DNA from: Carcharhinus amblyrhynchos | Lineage: Eukaryota | Length of the DNA: 64,000 nucleotides | Assembly (NCBI GenBank): GCA_965287045.1 | Contig: OZ336873.1 | Location: forward strand, 55,986,001-56,050,000 | Direction: 5' to 3' | Part shown: one piece after another, positions 24,874 through 37,935 of the stretch | Layout: each line of letters begins with the position of its first letter | Numbering within the stretch: the stretch's first letter is position 1 | Position numbers and translations under genes: made by a program | The notes under the pieces: generated by a model | What the model was told of the DNA's origin: nothing | Database searches by the model: none | What the model saw: the letters and a program-made list of their open reading frames with translations, nothing else

Positions 24874-25169
24874 ATAGTTGCAAGTTGACCCAGGCCAGGA
24901 ACATTCAGGAAATTTCATATTGTGACAGAGAAGGAAAAAAGGAAAATGAGGTGGGGTGATGCCACCCCACTGCCATCCAACCCACTGGGTAGCCCCAGAT
25001 GCCCCTTCATTCCAGCAGGGTCTCCCGCTCGTTCCCTGAATGTGGGAGCTGGTCTGAACCCCACTGAAATGAAATATTACTGGCGGGATGGGAGATTCAA
25101 TTGGGAGCTAAAAGGTCCTGATAATGAACTGAGATGGAGAGCAGAAAAACATGAACCATTTGGCTGAGC

Positions 25170-26095
25170 ACTTGCCATCAGAATAATGCTGGAATGCATC
25201 AATAAAGAAATAGTAGTAGAGAATTCATAAACTTATGGTACAACCAAGCAGAGACAACATTATTTTATATAAGAAAATAACGTTTGGCAAACGTTGAGGC
25301 ATAACAAGCAGGTCGGATAAATGGGAATTAATTGATGGAGAGTATTTGGAATTCCAAAAGGGATTCGATAAGTTGGCACAACAAAAATTACTTTACAAGG
25401 TGATGGCTCAAAGTCTTGATGTTAATTCATTAACATGGATAGAAGATTGTCTAACGGGAAACAGAAAGCATGAATAAATCAGAAATATTCAGGCTGGAAA
25501 TGGACTAACTGAATGCCAAAAGGGTTGTTGCTGGGGCCTCAAACCTCTCTGTGTTAACTAAATGGATGAAAGAACAGAATATATTGCTGCTAATTTTGCT
25601 GATAACATAAAGATAGATAGAAAAGCAATTGTGAAGAGGACATGAAAAGAGTCTGCAAAATTGTACAATAGTTTAGATGAGTGGGCTAAAATTTGGAAGA
25701 CATAATATAATGTGAGAAAATATGAGGCTATCCACTTCGGTATAAAGAATAGAAAAATTGGATATTATTTACATGGACAGAAATTACAGAGCACAGAGGG
25801 ATCTGTGTAATATTACATGTGAATTACAAAGTATTAATATGCAGTTAGACCAAGTGCTTAGGAATGCTTGGAATATTGCCCTTTATTGCAAGGATTGGAG
25901 TAATAAGCAGGGATGACTACAACTGCAATGACATTGGCGAGATAACACCAGAAGACACCATATAGTTTTGGCCTCCTTATTAAAGGAGCATATTCTTGCA
26001 CTGGGCAGGTTGGAGAAGGTACACGAGGTTGATTCCAGGGATGAAAGGTTCAACTTAGAAAGTTCGGGCCAGTTAAAGAGATTAATTAAAAACAT
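25170..26095 (+). mobile_element. Highly decayed CR1 RT fragment
   Basis: Remnants ttccaaaagggattcgataag (FQK.FDK), ttttgctgataacataaagata (FADN.KI) and tatgaggctatccacttcgg. Confidence 0.75.
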
Positions 26096-27919
26096 GGAGT
26101 CTCGTTTCTTTAGGCATTTAATTAATGATTGTTAAAGTTATATTTTAAATTGTTTTTGCACATAATTTCTATTTCCCTTTCTAATTTGCCAATTCTAATT
26201 CTCCATCTTTTTCAGCCCTTCATTTATTTCTCAATCTCTAAATATCATTGGTTCACATAAACTTTGCCCTGCTATGAACCAAAGCCTCAGAAGCCCTATT
26301 GCTTTTGTTCTATTTTCAGCTCATATCTATAGCAATATACAAGGCAAAGCTATTCAGCCATTACCAACTGCCATGTCAATAAAAGTGTGCTTGCACTACG
26401 AACAACTATGAGGCCCAACTTGCTGTTGTGAGTTTAATGAGCAATTAAACTGCAAATGCAACTGCTTCATCAAGGAAAAGGACTAAAGCTAGTGATTAAT
26501 TGGTGCAAAACCTCCATCACAGGATCCCTATCCCAAGACAATTTTGTTTAATGATTTTATTGCCGGGCCTCGCAATTTATTTCTGGTCAAGAGGTTTAAT
26601 ACCAACTCTATATGGAAGGTGTAACTGACTCTGGGGGGTATTCCAGTTCAGGTCAGGTTTGCTGCTTTGCGTACAATGATTACCCTCAAGTCCAAATTGC
26701 ATTGCAGTTTTAAACAACTTCATCCTTTAACGCATTTGTGTTCAAATGCATGGTTTACTCTTTAATGAAAAAACATTTATTTAATGTTCTGAGTAATGTT
26801 CTCATTTTTCAATGTATCTAGGGCTTCCTAGTTCTTCTTAAATTCTTAGCTTCAATTTTGTTTATAACTGAACATTATTGACATCCCTGACACAACATTA
26901 TGTTGGCCATGTAGGTCCAGATTCCCTGAACATCTTCAAACTGACATCAATCAGCCACAACCAATAAGCAATTCGTAAACAAAATCCATTGGCATTTTAT
27001 AGCACCTTCCCTGACTTGATTGGTGCCCAGTTAAAGTCCATACCATCATACAATGACAAAAAGTGTATTTTTTTCTTTTTTTATTTTATTACGTGGAGAA
27101 AAACATCATTATTTTTGAAGGTTTTGATTGAAATTTGTGTATTTCATTGTATTTTGCCCTGTTTATTTTCAGTTCCAAACTGTTATTGGTTGTAGCTGTA
27201 AAAACCTAGTTTTATGGATAATTAACTGCTGGATTTTGCTGCTTGATTTGTGTGGTGGAAACATGAAATATATCTTTCTCTGGCCTTTGGAACAGTAATT
27301 TTCTAGGCCAACTCCAGACTCCTATACTTTTGACATGGTTTACGATCTGCTCTCAACATTGACACTTTGCTATTGGTTCACATGCTAACTCTTTCCTGCT
27401 TACACTAAACACAAATGCTTTTTATGCTTCATACCATGTCATTAAGGCATGCAAATTATCTGGCTGTTGCTTACATATTGCTGGTTTATGGACCTGTCCA
27501 ATTTGCTGCCATGTTTGCTGAGTTCAATTTAAATTGTATGGGAGCAATTTTAAGCTGCAGAGAATTGAAATGTTCAGAATTAATGACTACAGTAAATGTC
27601 AGATTGTAGGCAGTCATTAGGCTTTAGGCAGATCTTCAATTCCAGTTGATATGCATTCATAAAACCATGGGTACAAATTGTTAAAGATAAAAAGTAAAAG
27701 AAAACTCATGTACTGTGAAGGCCGCTGGCAAGATGACATGTCTGGTTGCCCTTAAGAAGTGCTGCAATCCATGTGGTGTAGATGCACCCACAGCACTGTT
27801 AGGAAGAGAACACCAAGATTTTAATCCAGCTGAAGTGAGGGACTGGTGATTTAGTTCCAGATCAGAATGCTGTATGTCTTGGAGGAAGACCTGCAGCTGG
27901 TAATGTTAACATGGGAGCG

Positions 27920-30900
27920 ACCTTACCAAAAACAATTTAGTGCCAAATGATCAAGAAAATGGGAGACTTTTAGATTTTTTTGGGGGCGAGTTTAAAAATG
28001 CAGCCTTACATCACTTTGTGCAAAGAAGATGCACAATCTGTTTCTTGCCAGTAGGGGAGGGGTGGGTTCTAGGTTCACTTGAAAGTCGTCTGCTTCCACC
28101 TGAGGGTGCAATCGTGCATGGACAAACCTCTTGGTTCTGTGGAAGAGAGATCTGTCAAGCAACCCCTCCCCCCCTCCAAATATTGCTGGCCTGACTGGCC
28201 AATCGGCAACCCCCATTGACCAAATGATGCTGACCAAAACACCACCCCCCACCCTTCCTGCCCTGCTGGTTGCCCCCGAGACCTTGGCCCTGGCCTGGCT
28301 GAATGCCATTGCAGAGCAAGCAGCTCCCTCCCCCGCCACTTGCCCTTTCAGAGCACACAGCTTCCCATCCCAGCCAATCCCCATTGAAGGGTGCACAGTT
28401 TCCCTCCCCCAACTCCCTTTTGGCCTTGGCCTCATCATAGCCTTCTTCCTAATCTATGCCCCACCCCCTCAGGCACGGCCTTCTTGGCATTGAACCCCTC
28501 TGCCCTCCACCTCCCGGGGGCCTCAATAGCTTTTGGTCCCACCAGTGAGACCATCATGTCAAGCCCCTGTTGATGCTATTTAAAATAGATTTTAATATTG
28601 AAATTAGCCTCATGCCCCTTTAAGGTGCAAGACTGATCATGCTGGGCATCCAGGCGTGGTAAAATCGCAAATGGCGAGAAATCGGGAGTGAACCCAATCT
28701 TTTATCTCTTGCACAATCTTACCAGTTCATCCCACACTGTGATCAGCATGACAAGAAGGTGTTTGCTATCCTTACCCTTCTAGTGATTGAAATTTGTTGA
28801 AGGAGTTTTGCTGCAGCTGGTATACGGTACACATTGATGACACTGTACATTTGTAGTGGAGAGAATGAAATCTAAGATATCAGTGGATAGAGAATCCAGT
28901 TTTTTCCTGGATTGTGTTGTTGAGAGTTGCTGGAGTAACATTCATCCAGGTTAGTCCATCTCACTCCTGAGTTGTGTTGAGATGATGGTAGGAAGGCTTT
29001 GAGGAGCCTGAAAGTGAGTTGCTCATTGCAAAATTCTCAGTTTCTATCCTGTTCCTGTAACCACAATATTATATGGCTTGTCCAATTAAGTTTCTGATCA
29101 ATGATAACCCCTAGGTAATGTCTCTAAATGTGAAGGGGAGGTGGTTTGTTCTCCTTTGTTTGGGATGTTCATTTTTTGGCACTTCTGTGACACTTGCCAC
29201 ATATCAACGTACCTGAATATTTTCCAGGTCTTCCTGCACATGGACACTGACAATGACAACCTCTCCAGGTACTGAGGGGGGTGGGGGAGGGGGATGGGGG
29301 GCGGTGGAGGTGGTGGGAGAGACACTAACGAGCCCAGAAAATACCATTCTGGGTTTGGTAATCATACTGAAATTGGAACTTCAATATGGTAATCAGTCTT
29401 GCACCAATTTCCAGCACATGGCTGATTACTTTCAAAGATATTGCCTTGGAGACTGATGATCAGCCAGGCACCAGTCAGAAGTCCCACTATCGGCTTCCCA
29501 CTGATGTCTCCCTGCCTGGGCTACCCAAGCTGTGCAGCGGTCTGGGAGAATTGCCCCTGTGATGAATTAGACAATAGAGCTGCTAGAATCATCATGGGCA
29601 CAGCAATTCAAGGACAATGTGCACTGTAATCTTGTTGATGACAAATACAGCCTTGCCCACTCAATCCACATACTAAAAAGAATGTCTTGCTCTACTCTCT
29701 ACACTCATAGATTTAGAACTCTGACCCTTTTTCATGTTGTACATCTTGTGGCGCTGCACTTCATTTTGCCAGCACAATGTAATAGAACATAAATTGGGAT
29801 TCTCCTCACCCACTGTGTCTGGCCCATCATGAATCTCCCAGACCTGTTTTTGGTGTAATCTCCTCCATGCTGGAAATAGATCTGGGGCTAAGTAGCATAT
29901 TGATTTCAATTTCAGTATGATTAGCGGGCCCAGGATAGTTGATTCAGGGCATAGTAGGTTCTTCCCCAGTGTCAGGAGAGTTTCCCACCAGCAGGGTTTA
30001 TAACTGCTCCCCACCAATGGATAGAGGTGTGCTCAGCCTGAGGGTGGGGATGAAGCCATAGGTCAGGGGAGGAGATGCCCCTTGGGCATTGCTGGCTTGG
30101 TACCCTGGCACTGCCCATTGGGCACAATGCAGTGCCAAGGAGGTGGGGCCAGAGGAGAAGGGACGCACTAGAAAGGTGGGGTGAGTGCTGGTGGTGGGTG
30201 GGAACACTCTTCCACTGTGCAATGGGATTAATGGAGGAGGGATGAGGCAGTGATCGGGGCTGGTCATGGGGGAAGGACCAGGGCTAGCCTTAAGGGTTGG
30301 ACTGGTCGGCTATCAATCGGGGTGGGGGGATCAGGAAGGCCTGTGATTGGGAGAGGCCAGTGCCCATGTACTAATCTCCCCACTGACAGACTGGCACATA
30401 CGCAGTGGTCTGCTGAGCACTTTGCTGCTATACTCTCAGGTGGGAGTAGGCTCCCACCCCTAGTTACAAGCACAAATTTCATTTTGGCACTCTCTTGGAG
30501 AACAGTGGCTGAGATTTTACCGGTTTACTCTGCACATTGATGCCTGGGACGTTGGCAATGCCCATTGAGCACCAAGGGGGTGCAGCCCACGATAAGTGGG
30601 ACATGAAGAAATGGGACCTTTGTGGTAGGCCTTGAGTGGACTGGCCCCATGGTGGACAGAGACTGCGGGGCAGGGCATTTGGTGGTAATATCTGAAGGGA
30701 TGGGGTCTGAAGGGCCATGGGGGCGGGGCCTGAAGGAGACGGGGCCAGTAGGGTGGGGCCTGGAGGGGTGGGGTCAGACTGGGGGCATTTCAGGGAGAAT
30801 GGGGCCCTGCTGTGTACTCTAAAGCTATGACAGTGAAGCCCACTGCTGCTCTGAAGCTGTGATCAGTGGGGGCGGGAAGGAGGGCCGGTGCACAGTCTGC

Positions 30901-31240
30901 ATGCGACCAGCGGGAGTGGAATCGGTCTAGGCGGCGAGGCGGGGGCTATATTTTCAGACAGTGTGGGACTTGTCATTGACCTTGGGTCTCTGTGATTGTG
31001 TTAGCGGGTGTGGCGGGTGGTGCTGTGTTGATGCCTATCGCTGTTAGGCCTCTGCTGTTGGAATTGCGTATATGCAGGCAAAGAGATCTGTGCATGCACA
31101 ATAGCTCCCTCTGCTTCCTGATTAGACTGGTTGGTGTGTTCAGTCCTGTCCACAGCCTGTAATAGCTAGAAACAGTCTGGCCCATTTTATGATTCACATT
31201 CAGCATAACATTGGGAGTAAAAACTCGCCCCAAAAATGGA
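27920..31240. mobile_element. Cluster of GC-rich MITE-like non-autonomous repeats mixed with decayed LINE sequence
   Basis: Several G- or C-skewed blocks with shared motifs (ggcagtgcc, ggagaattgccc, gggattctcc). 29250-29420 and 29880-30010 are related in inverse orientation; similar to 23791-24873 and 58845-59405. Confidence 0.5.
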
Positions 31241-32806
31241 TTTGCAACTCTCCTATTTTAACGCTAGTTGGATGGGGTTAGATTGGAATTTTACCGTCCC
31301 ACTGGCCAGGGGAACCAGAAACTGAGTATTGCAGGGGCGAACCATTGGTGTCTGGCAAATTCGGCAACCCAAAAAGAATGCATAAATAGCTGCTTACACC
31401 TCTTCCTGTTGCCACTTGCTTCCCCATAACAAACCTGCTAAACTCGTAGCAGGGAATTGATGGTTGTAGCCTTCTGGAATTTCAAAATCAATATTTTCCA
31501 CCATTTATTGTGCAATTCTCACAAATGCATGAAAGTTTTGTTCTTGAACTCTATAGAAAGACCCTCAGTCTATTGGTATTAGTAATCTTACCTTTCTGCA
31601 GCCTAAGCCTTATTGGACTCAACTAACTGGCACATATTACAACGCCACAGTGAAAACTGCACAGCCCTGAATCACAAGAATATGGACATCAGCCACAATA
31701 CCTGTGCTATCTCATTTTTCCTGTTGGATCTCCAGGATTTGTCTCCAAGCTATGCTCCCTTGGAGTGGCAAGGAATCAATTTCTTCCATTTTACAATGGG
31801 ACTGCCTGTACTGTTTTCTCCCGTTCATTCCATCCCATCTAGTACAGATTTGATACAAACATGTGGGCCCGTATTTCATTTTCCAAGTTAATTTTGAGTA
31901 CCACACTACATTAAATGTAATTGAAAATAATTTATTGGATCAGCCTCTGGTCTATATTTCTGTAGCACTCGGGGCAAATGGGAACAAAGTTATGGGGAAA
32001 AACAGGATTATGCTATTGAGTTGGATGATCAGCCACGATCGTAATGAACGGCGGAGCAGACTCGAAGGACCAAACGGCTTCCTTCTTCTATGTTTCTGTG
32101 TGTCCTAGTGATCTTTCCTCCCTAACAGTAGAACCTGTGTCCCTGGGCAGATTAGCTTGTCTGTCTCTCTAATGGAAATGGGCTACTTTAAAGAATAATT
32201 TTGGAAGCAGCTTCAGTGCGTTTTATGAAGTTTCGGGTGCAGACGCTTTCCTCATCCCTCTCTATCCTGTGACCGAAAAGACCGTGATTCAGATAGTATT
32301 TACAGCGAATGACTGCCGTCGCCTCAGGCAGTCACTCGGTGACAATGGACTTTCAAAGGCAACTGTTAAATTTGTTACACAATGGAAGTTAATAATCATT
32401 TTTTAAAAGTTGAACCGATTGACATTTTCTTGAAGTTCAAGCGACTCCTCGTGAAATTGTATGACACAAACCATGCACGCTGCATTTTAAGAACGATCAC
32501 AAGTTGACATTGCAAAATGTTGATGCCAATTAGTTGCTAATATCACAAGAAGATCATCCTGCACATTTGAAATCCGGAAGATTTTCAACTTGTCGACAAC
32601 CTCAAACTGGTTTTGGAAATCTTGCCTTGGTCACGGAAAGCACCCGATATTGCATTGGTTCTATAACAGTCCAGCGAGCAATTCTGCCAGTTGTGATGTT
32701 CCGGATAGTTAGTTAGCCTGGCTACAATCAATGTAAACAGTAGTGGATGCATTTTAAGGTTTATAATCGAATAGTCTGATCCTGCACTCATAAATATCTT
32801 ACATTC

Positions 32807-32944
32807 TCAACTCCTTTCTTTCTTTGTCACGTTCACTTCAGCATATAATGCGCGTTTGTTTTGTTTAAGTTTTGATGGGTCCTTGGAATCAGCAAGCTGC
32901 AAGGCGGCATAAGCTAGCTTGTTATCTCCACCTCTTTGTTTAGT
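32807..32944 (-). CDS. Gene B exon 8: terminal cytoplasmic exon with ITIM
   Basis: Acceptor tactttcacAG|ACT, phase 0; TKQRGGDNKLAYAALQLADSKDPSKLKQNKRALYAEVNVTKKERS* contains ITIM LAYAAL and ITIM-like ALYAEV. Not in the supplied ORF track. Confidence 0.85.
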   Translation of the reverse strand, partial: TKQRGGDNKLAYAALQLADSKDPSKLKQNKRALYAEVNVTKKERS

Positions 32945-33531
32945 CTGTGAAAGTAATATTTAATATCACCGTAAATCCATTGTCCAATCATTATTGAGAC
33001 AGTTGACACTTTAACGAAAGACTTATGGAATTTCCTTTCATTAGTTCCAATTTCAGATTGTAATCGGATTTTGGACAGGCTTCCTTTCCCTTCTCTGCAG
33101 CCCTCCCCCAAATCTTGTTGAAATTCCATTTGAACTTCCATCTAAAATGAGTTCGTTTGTTAATATAGCTCATTAAAGAAAGCAGATTAATTATTGACCA
33201 AAATAGAAAAAGTATCTATGCTGCTCTGTTAAAGCTGTTGGGAAAGCTGATATTACACAACATTGATTTAAGGCCCAATTGTCTGAACAGCGACAGCCGC
33301 AGTGCCCTGCTTACCCCACGGGGGAAAGCTCTAGCTCACATTTTTCAATCGCCTTACCACCATTCCCACTAATCTCCCGATCTCTGGGACATGAGGCAAA
33401 AATGACGAACTTGTTTGCAAACAGCCGACAGAGCACAGTTGGTAGATTAAGCAAGAACCTTCCCATTTCCTGCATCTCAATGTCGTAACCCATAATATTG
33501 ATGCCATTACAGTAAAAGACTAAAGATGTAC

Positions 33532-33636
33532 CTGGGAATATACGATATTCTCCTCCCTCTGTCTGGGGTTCGCCTTCTTCCTGGTGTCAATCTTGACTGT
33601 GGCATAGGCCAGGCTGTTGTCGGTGCCGTGTTCTGT
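33532..33636 (-). CDS. Gene B exon 7: cytoplasmic ITIM exon
   Basis: Acceptor tattttacAG|ACA, donor CAG|GTACAT; 105 nt; TEHGTDNSLAYATVKIDTRKKANPRQREENIVYSQ with ITIM LAYATV. Confidence 0.85.
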
Positions 33637-33942
33637 CTGTAAAATAGATATTTTCCACATGTAGTTGATGAATTTCTTGTTTGGTAGTTTGGGACAAGCA
33701 TTATTCCAGGCAGACCCGAAAGAGAAACGTGGATAATATTGACTCTGTTTTTGTGTAAAACCGACCACGAGCCCGCAGCCCGATTTGCATCTGTTCAGAT
33801 TGCTATTTCCAACCAAGTCAGTAGGAGGAATGCCAATTATTAAGGACTTGTTGTAATCTGTCCTATAAAGACAAAACTTTCCCCAACTCGCTCAGATTCT
33901 GAACAATTAATCAATTTCACTCTGTCATGTATGGTCATATCG

Positions 33943-34227
33943 TAGAATCCATACAGGGCACAGGGAGACCATTCGGCCGATAGAGCCTGCACCGACCACA
34001 ATCACACCCAGGTTCTATCCCCTTAAATCCACCTAACTCCCGCTAATCCCTTGGCATTAAGGGGTAATTCACTTAACCTGCACATCTCTGGAGTGTAACC
34101 AGAGTACCCGGAGGAAACCCACGCCAACATGGGGAGAACATGAATGTCCAAACTCCACATAGACAGTTACTCGAGGCCGTAATTGAACCCGGGTACCTGG
34201 CGCTGTGAGGCAGCGGTGCTAACCACC
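33943..34227 (-). mobile_element. V-SINE (HE1-like) in gene B intron 6
   Basis: Minus strand ggtggttagcaccgctgcctcacagcgccaggtacccgggttcaatt head, V-domain and CR1-type tail. Confidence 0.88.
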
Positions 34228-34264
34228 TAGTTTGAGTATTTTTCGCCTCATCCCTCAGTCGTAC

Positions 34265-34375
34265 CTGAGAATAGATGGTGTGCTCTTTCTTGTGTCTCGG
34301 TTTGGAGGGTCCTTTTTCTTCTCGCAGGCTCAGAGTAGCGTAGGCGGCAATGTTCTCATCTGGCCTTTGTCTAGC
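34265..34375 (-). CDS. Gene B exon 6: cytoplasmic tyrosine-motif exon
   Basis: Acceptor ttgttattacAG|GCT, donor CAG|GTACGA; 111 nt; ARQRPDENIAAYATLSLREEKGPSKPRHKKEHTIYSQ with ITIM-like AAYATL. Confidence 0.85.
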
Positions 34376-34879
34376 CTGTAATAACAAGACACAAAATATT
34401 GAAAGCGGCGAGTCTGTCTCTATAGCCAGCTCCTGTCAATTCTAATTAATTCTATCGATGTAAATGTGCACATAATAAACGATAAAATTAGGTTGCAAGT
34501 GCACGCTCTCCGTTCCCGACTGTTGTATCCAATACCGAACCAATAGGGTGGAGAGTATTTGTTTAATGAGTTCAAGGGATGTTGACAGTCGATAATTGCC
34601 CTTGAATCGCTCCAGTCGATGTGGGGTACGTGCGTCCCTGGTGTTTTTAGGGAAGTACTTCTAGGACTTTGACCCAGCGACAGTGAAGGAACTGCGATAT
34701 TTTTCCAAGCCAGGGTGGTCGGTGGTTTAGAGGGGAAGTTCAACGTGGTATTCCCATATATCTGGCAGCTTTGAGATAGAGCGAGTTGGTGCTGCTGGAG
34801 AGAGAGATCAGTCGGAGAGAAAAGCACAACGTCTTCAGAGAAGCATTCCTGGAAGTGTCAGTGAAGTAAACACGAAGAT

Positions 34880-35077
34880 AAAAGCAAAATATTGCAACGC
34901 TGGAATCTGAAACAAAATCCGAAAACACTGGAAAATCTCAGTAGGTCTGACAGCATCTGTGGAGAGTGAATAGAACGTTGGCTCTATTCTGTTTCCACTG
35001 ATGCTGTAAGACCTGCTGAGATTTCCAGCATTTTCTGTTTTTGTCTCAGATTCCAGCATCTGCAGTATTTTACTTTT
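34880..35077. repeat. Palindromic short interspersed repeat (hairpin)
   Basis: aaagcaaaatattgcaacgctggaatctgaaacaaaa...cagcatctgtggaga pairs with tttccactgatgctg...tttttgtctcagattccagcatctgcagtattttacttt. Confidence 0.8.
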
Positions 35078-35459
35078 AGGTTTTGCGCCGTATATCTGTT
35101 GCCCTTGTCCTTCTCGATGACAGTGGTCGTGAGTTTGGAAAGTGCTAGCTAAGAAACCTTACTGAGTTCCCACAATGTATCTTGCAGATGGTATACACTG
35201 CTGCCACTGTATGTCGGTGGTGGAGGAAGTTTTCTTTGTGGGTCGGTTGCCAATCAAATGCCCCCTTTGTCCTGGATGGTGTCGAGCTTCTTGATAGTTG
35301 TGGAACTGCTCTCATCCACGCAAGTGGAAAGTATTCCATCACACTCCTCACTTGTGCCTTGTAGATTGTGCACCTGCTTTGGGGAGTCAGTAGGTGAGAT
35401 ACTCTCTGCTAGATTCTTAGCCTCTGGCCTGCTCTTGGAGCTGCAATGTTTATGTAAGA

Positions 35460-36650
35460 ATATAATAAACATAAGAACATAACAACTAGGAGCAGGAATA
35501 GGCAAGTTAGCACCTCGAGCCTGCTTTGTCATTCAATATGATCACGGCTGATGTAATTTCAGCCTCATCTGCACCTCCCCACCCATTCCCCATAACCATT
35601 CATCAGAGGGAGCAAACCATGCGACACACTACTAGTTTGCTAAACAGAAAAAGAGGCATTGTTCCCATTCTCTGTTTTCTGTTGGTTATTGAATCCTCTA
35701 TCCAAACTAATATATTACCCCTAACCCCATTTTATCCTCTACATCAACCTTTTGTGTGGCATCTTACCAAATGCATTCTGAAAGTCCAGATATACGATAC
35801 TTGTAGAATCTCCCTTATCCACTGGTTACATCTTTGAAGAGTTAGTTAAACATAATTTACCCTTCTTAAAAAAAATCTTGACTCTGATGGATTGTATTTT
35901 GATTGTCCGAATGTCGTTTTACTACTTCCTTAATAATGAATTCCAGCAATTTTCCAATGACAGACGTTAAACTAACTGGTTTATAGTTTTCTACTGTTTA
36001 TATTTCTACATTTTTGAACAGAGGTGTTACATTAGCCTTTTCCCAATCTCCTACAATCCCTACATTGGAGAAGAAGGCCATTTTGTCCATTGATTTTGCA
36101 CCAAGTCTCTGATAGAACATCTTATCCTGGCCCACCCCCATTCCTATTCCCGTAACCCCATTTATTTACCATGCTAATTATCCTAAACTACACATCCTGG
36201 GACACCCAGGGGCAATGTAGCATGCCCTATCCACCTAATCTACTGGAACTTTTCCAGAATCCAGGGAATTTAGGGACTTCAAACCAATGCCTCCACTGTG
36301 TCTGTTGCCACCCCCTTTAAGATGTAAGTCATCATGCCCTGGAGAATTGTCTGCCTTTAATCCCAATAGTTCACTCAGTACTTTTTTCCTAGTGAAGCTG
36401 ATTATTTTAAATTCCTCCTTTTGAACAATCACCGCATTACCTGTTAATATTGGTATGGCTGTAGCCTCCTCCACTGTGAAAACCAGGACAAAATATTGAT
36501 TTAGCGCCACTACCATTTCCATGTTCCCCATTATTAATTCCCCAGTCTCCTCCTCTACGGAACCAACGTTGTCTTTAGCTACTCTCTTTCTTTTTATGTA
36601 GTTACAGAATATTTTCCTCTCTGTTTTATATTTGCACTGGATTTGCTTCC
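35460..36650 (-). mobile_element. Fragmented CR1 LINE with a SINE tail inserted (~36060-36240)
   Basis: KIFCNYIKRKRVAKDNVG..LNQYFVLVFTVE..KADNSPGHDDLH; CR1 3' tail aacataagaacataacaactaggagcagg at ~35468. Confidence 0.8.
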
Positions 36651-37891
36651 ATGCAGACATATGGCTGGTTTAGTTCAGTTTCTGGCTAATGTTCTAAATA
36701 TGGAACCCAGAGCGCTTGATACATTTATCTGCATTTAAAATTGTGACTATTTGGAACACTGCTTATAATTATATAATTAATAATCCACATTTTTAATTTT
36801 CCAATTACCTCCAACTGCTCCCCCCACCCCCACCGCATCGAAGTAACCACTGTCTTTTTATTGCAACCTATTGGAAGACTTGACTGCGGTGCCTGAGTTT
36901 GTCTTCCTTTCACTTCCAGAAACTACCATCCCAAAGTGGAAATCAACAGCCCGGATCCTGGCAAACCCTCACTCCTAACGTCACTCCTCTCCCTTTGCCT
37001 CCCTTACCTCGACTTCCATACGCCACTATGCACTCTGGAGAGGTTTCAGGCCAATTAAGGTACCAGTAGCAGTATTCCAGCCTGGCTTAGCCAATGCACC
37101 CAAACCTGGAAACTTCCTGTTCTGTCTACCTGTGTGAATAATGTCTATATTAAGCACCTGGACATCTGGAAATATCCTTATTTTGAAATAAATTTAAGCT
37201 TCAAAGGAGGAATCAACGGGATATAATTGTAAATGTAAATAGTTATCTGGTTCTTAACATAAAGAAATAGAATGGAGAAACAAACAATACTTTCAAACTA
37301 GCCAGGCCTCAACTGGAAATTGTGTCCCACTCCGGGACCTACAATGTGGGAAGGATGTCAAGGTTTGGAGAGGAGATTTACTGGAATGTTACCAGGGCTG
37401 AGGGACTTCAGTGATGTGTGGGAAACTAAAGAATCTATCATTGTTCTCCTTACAGCAGGGAAAAAATTCTCAGAGGTTTAGTTCGAGCAAACGAGGCAAA
37501 ACTGTTACTCTCGGTGGTTTGCTCGCTAACCAGGGGATTCGGATTTTGATAAATGGGGAAGATAAGGATTTTTCTGCAACTTGCTGTTGTAATCTGCAAT
37601 GCCCTGACTGAGTAGCGGAAGCGTATTGAACAGTAACTTTCAGAAAGGGGATTGGAGAAACGTTTAAAAAAGTGTCTTTTGTAGATAAAGCGTATGGGAG
37701 TGGAACTCGCTGGGCACTTATTTCAAAGAGGAGGCACAGCTACTTTCTTTCCATACTATAAAATTTTATGGTTATTTTAAAACTAATTGGTATCTTCCCG
37801 GCTGAATATAGAATTTCCTTCTCACTGCCGCCCCCCATTCATCCCCTCACGCCACGTTTTTATAATACAAAATAAGACATTGCCACCCTAC

Positions 37892-37935
37892 CTGTTCTTC
37901 TCTCTGAGCTGCTTCCACTGAATTTTTATTACCGC
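37892..37935 (-). CDS. Gene B exon 5: short juxtamembrane cytoplasmic exon
   Basis: Strong acceptor tcttctttctcctctAG|GC, donor CAG|GTAGGG; 44 nt (GGNKNSVEAAQREEQ) converts phase 1 to phase 0 exactly as needed to join TM to exon 6. Confidence 0.82.
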
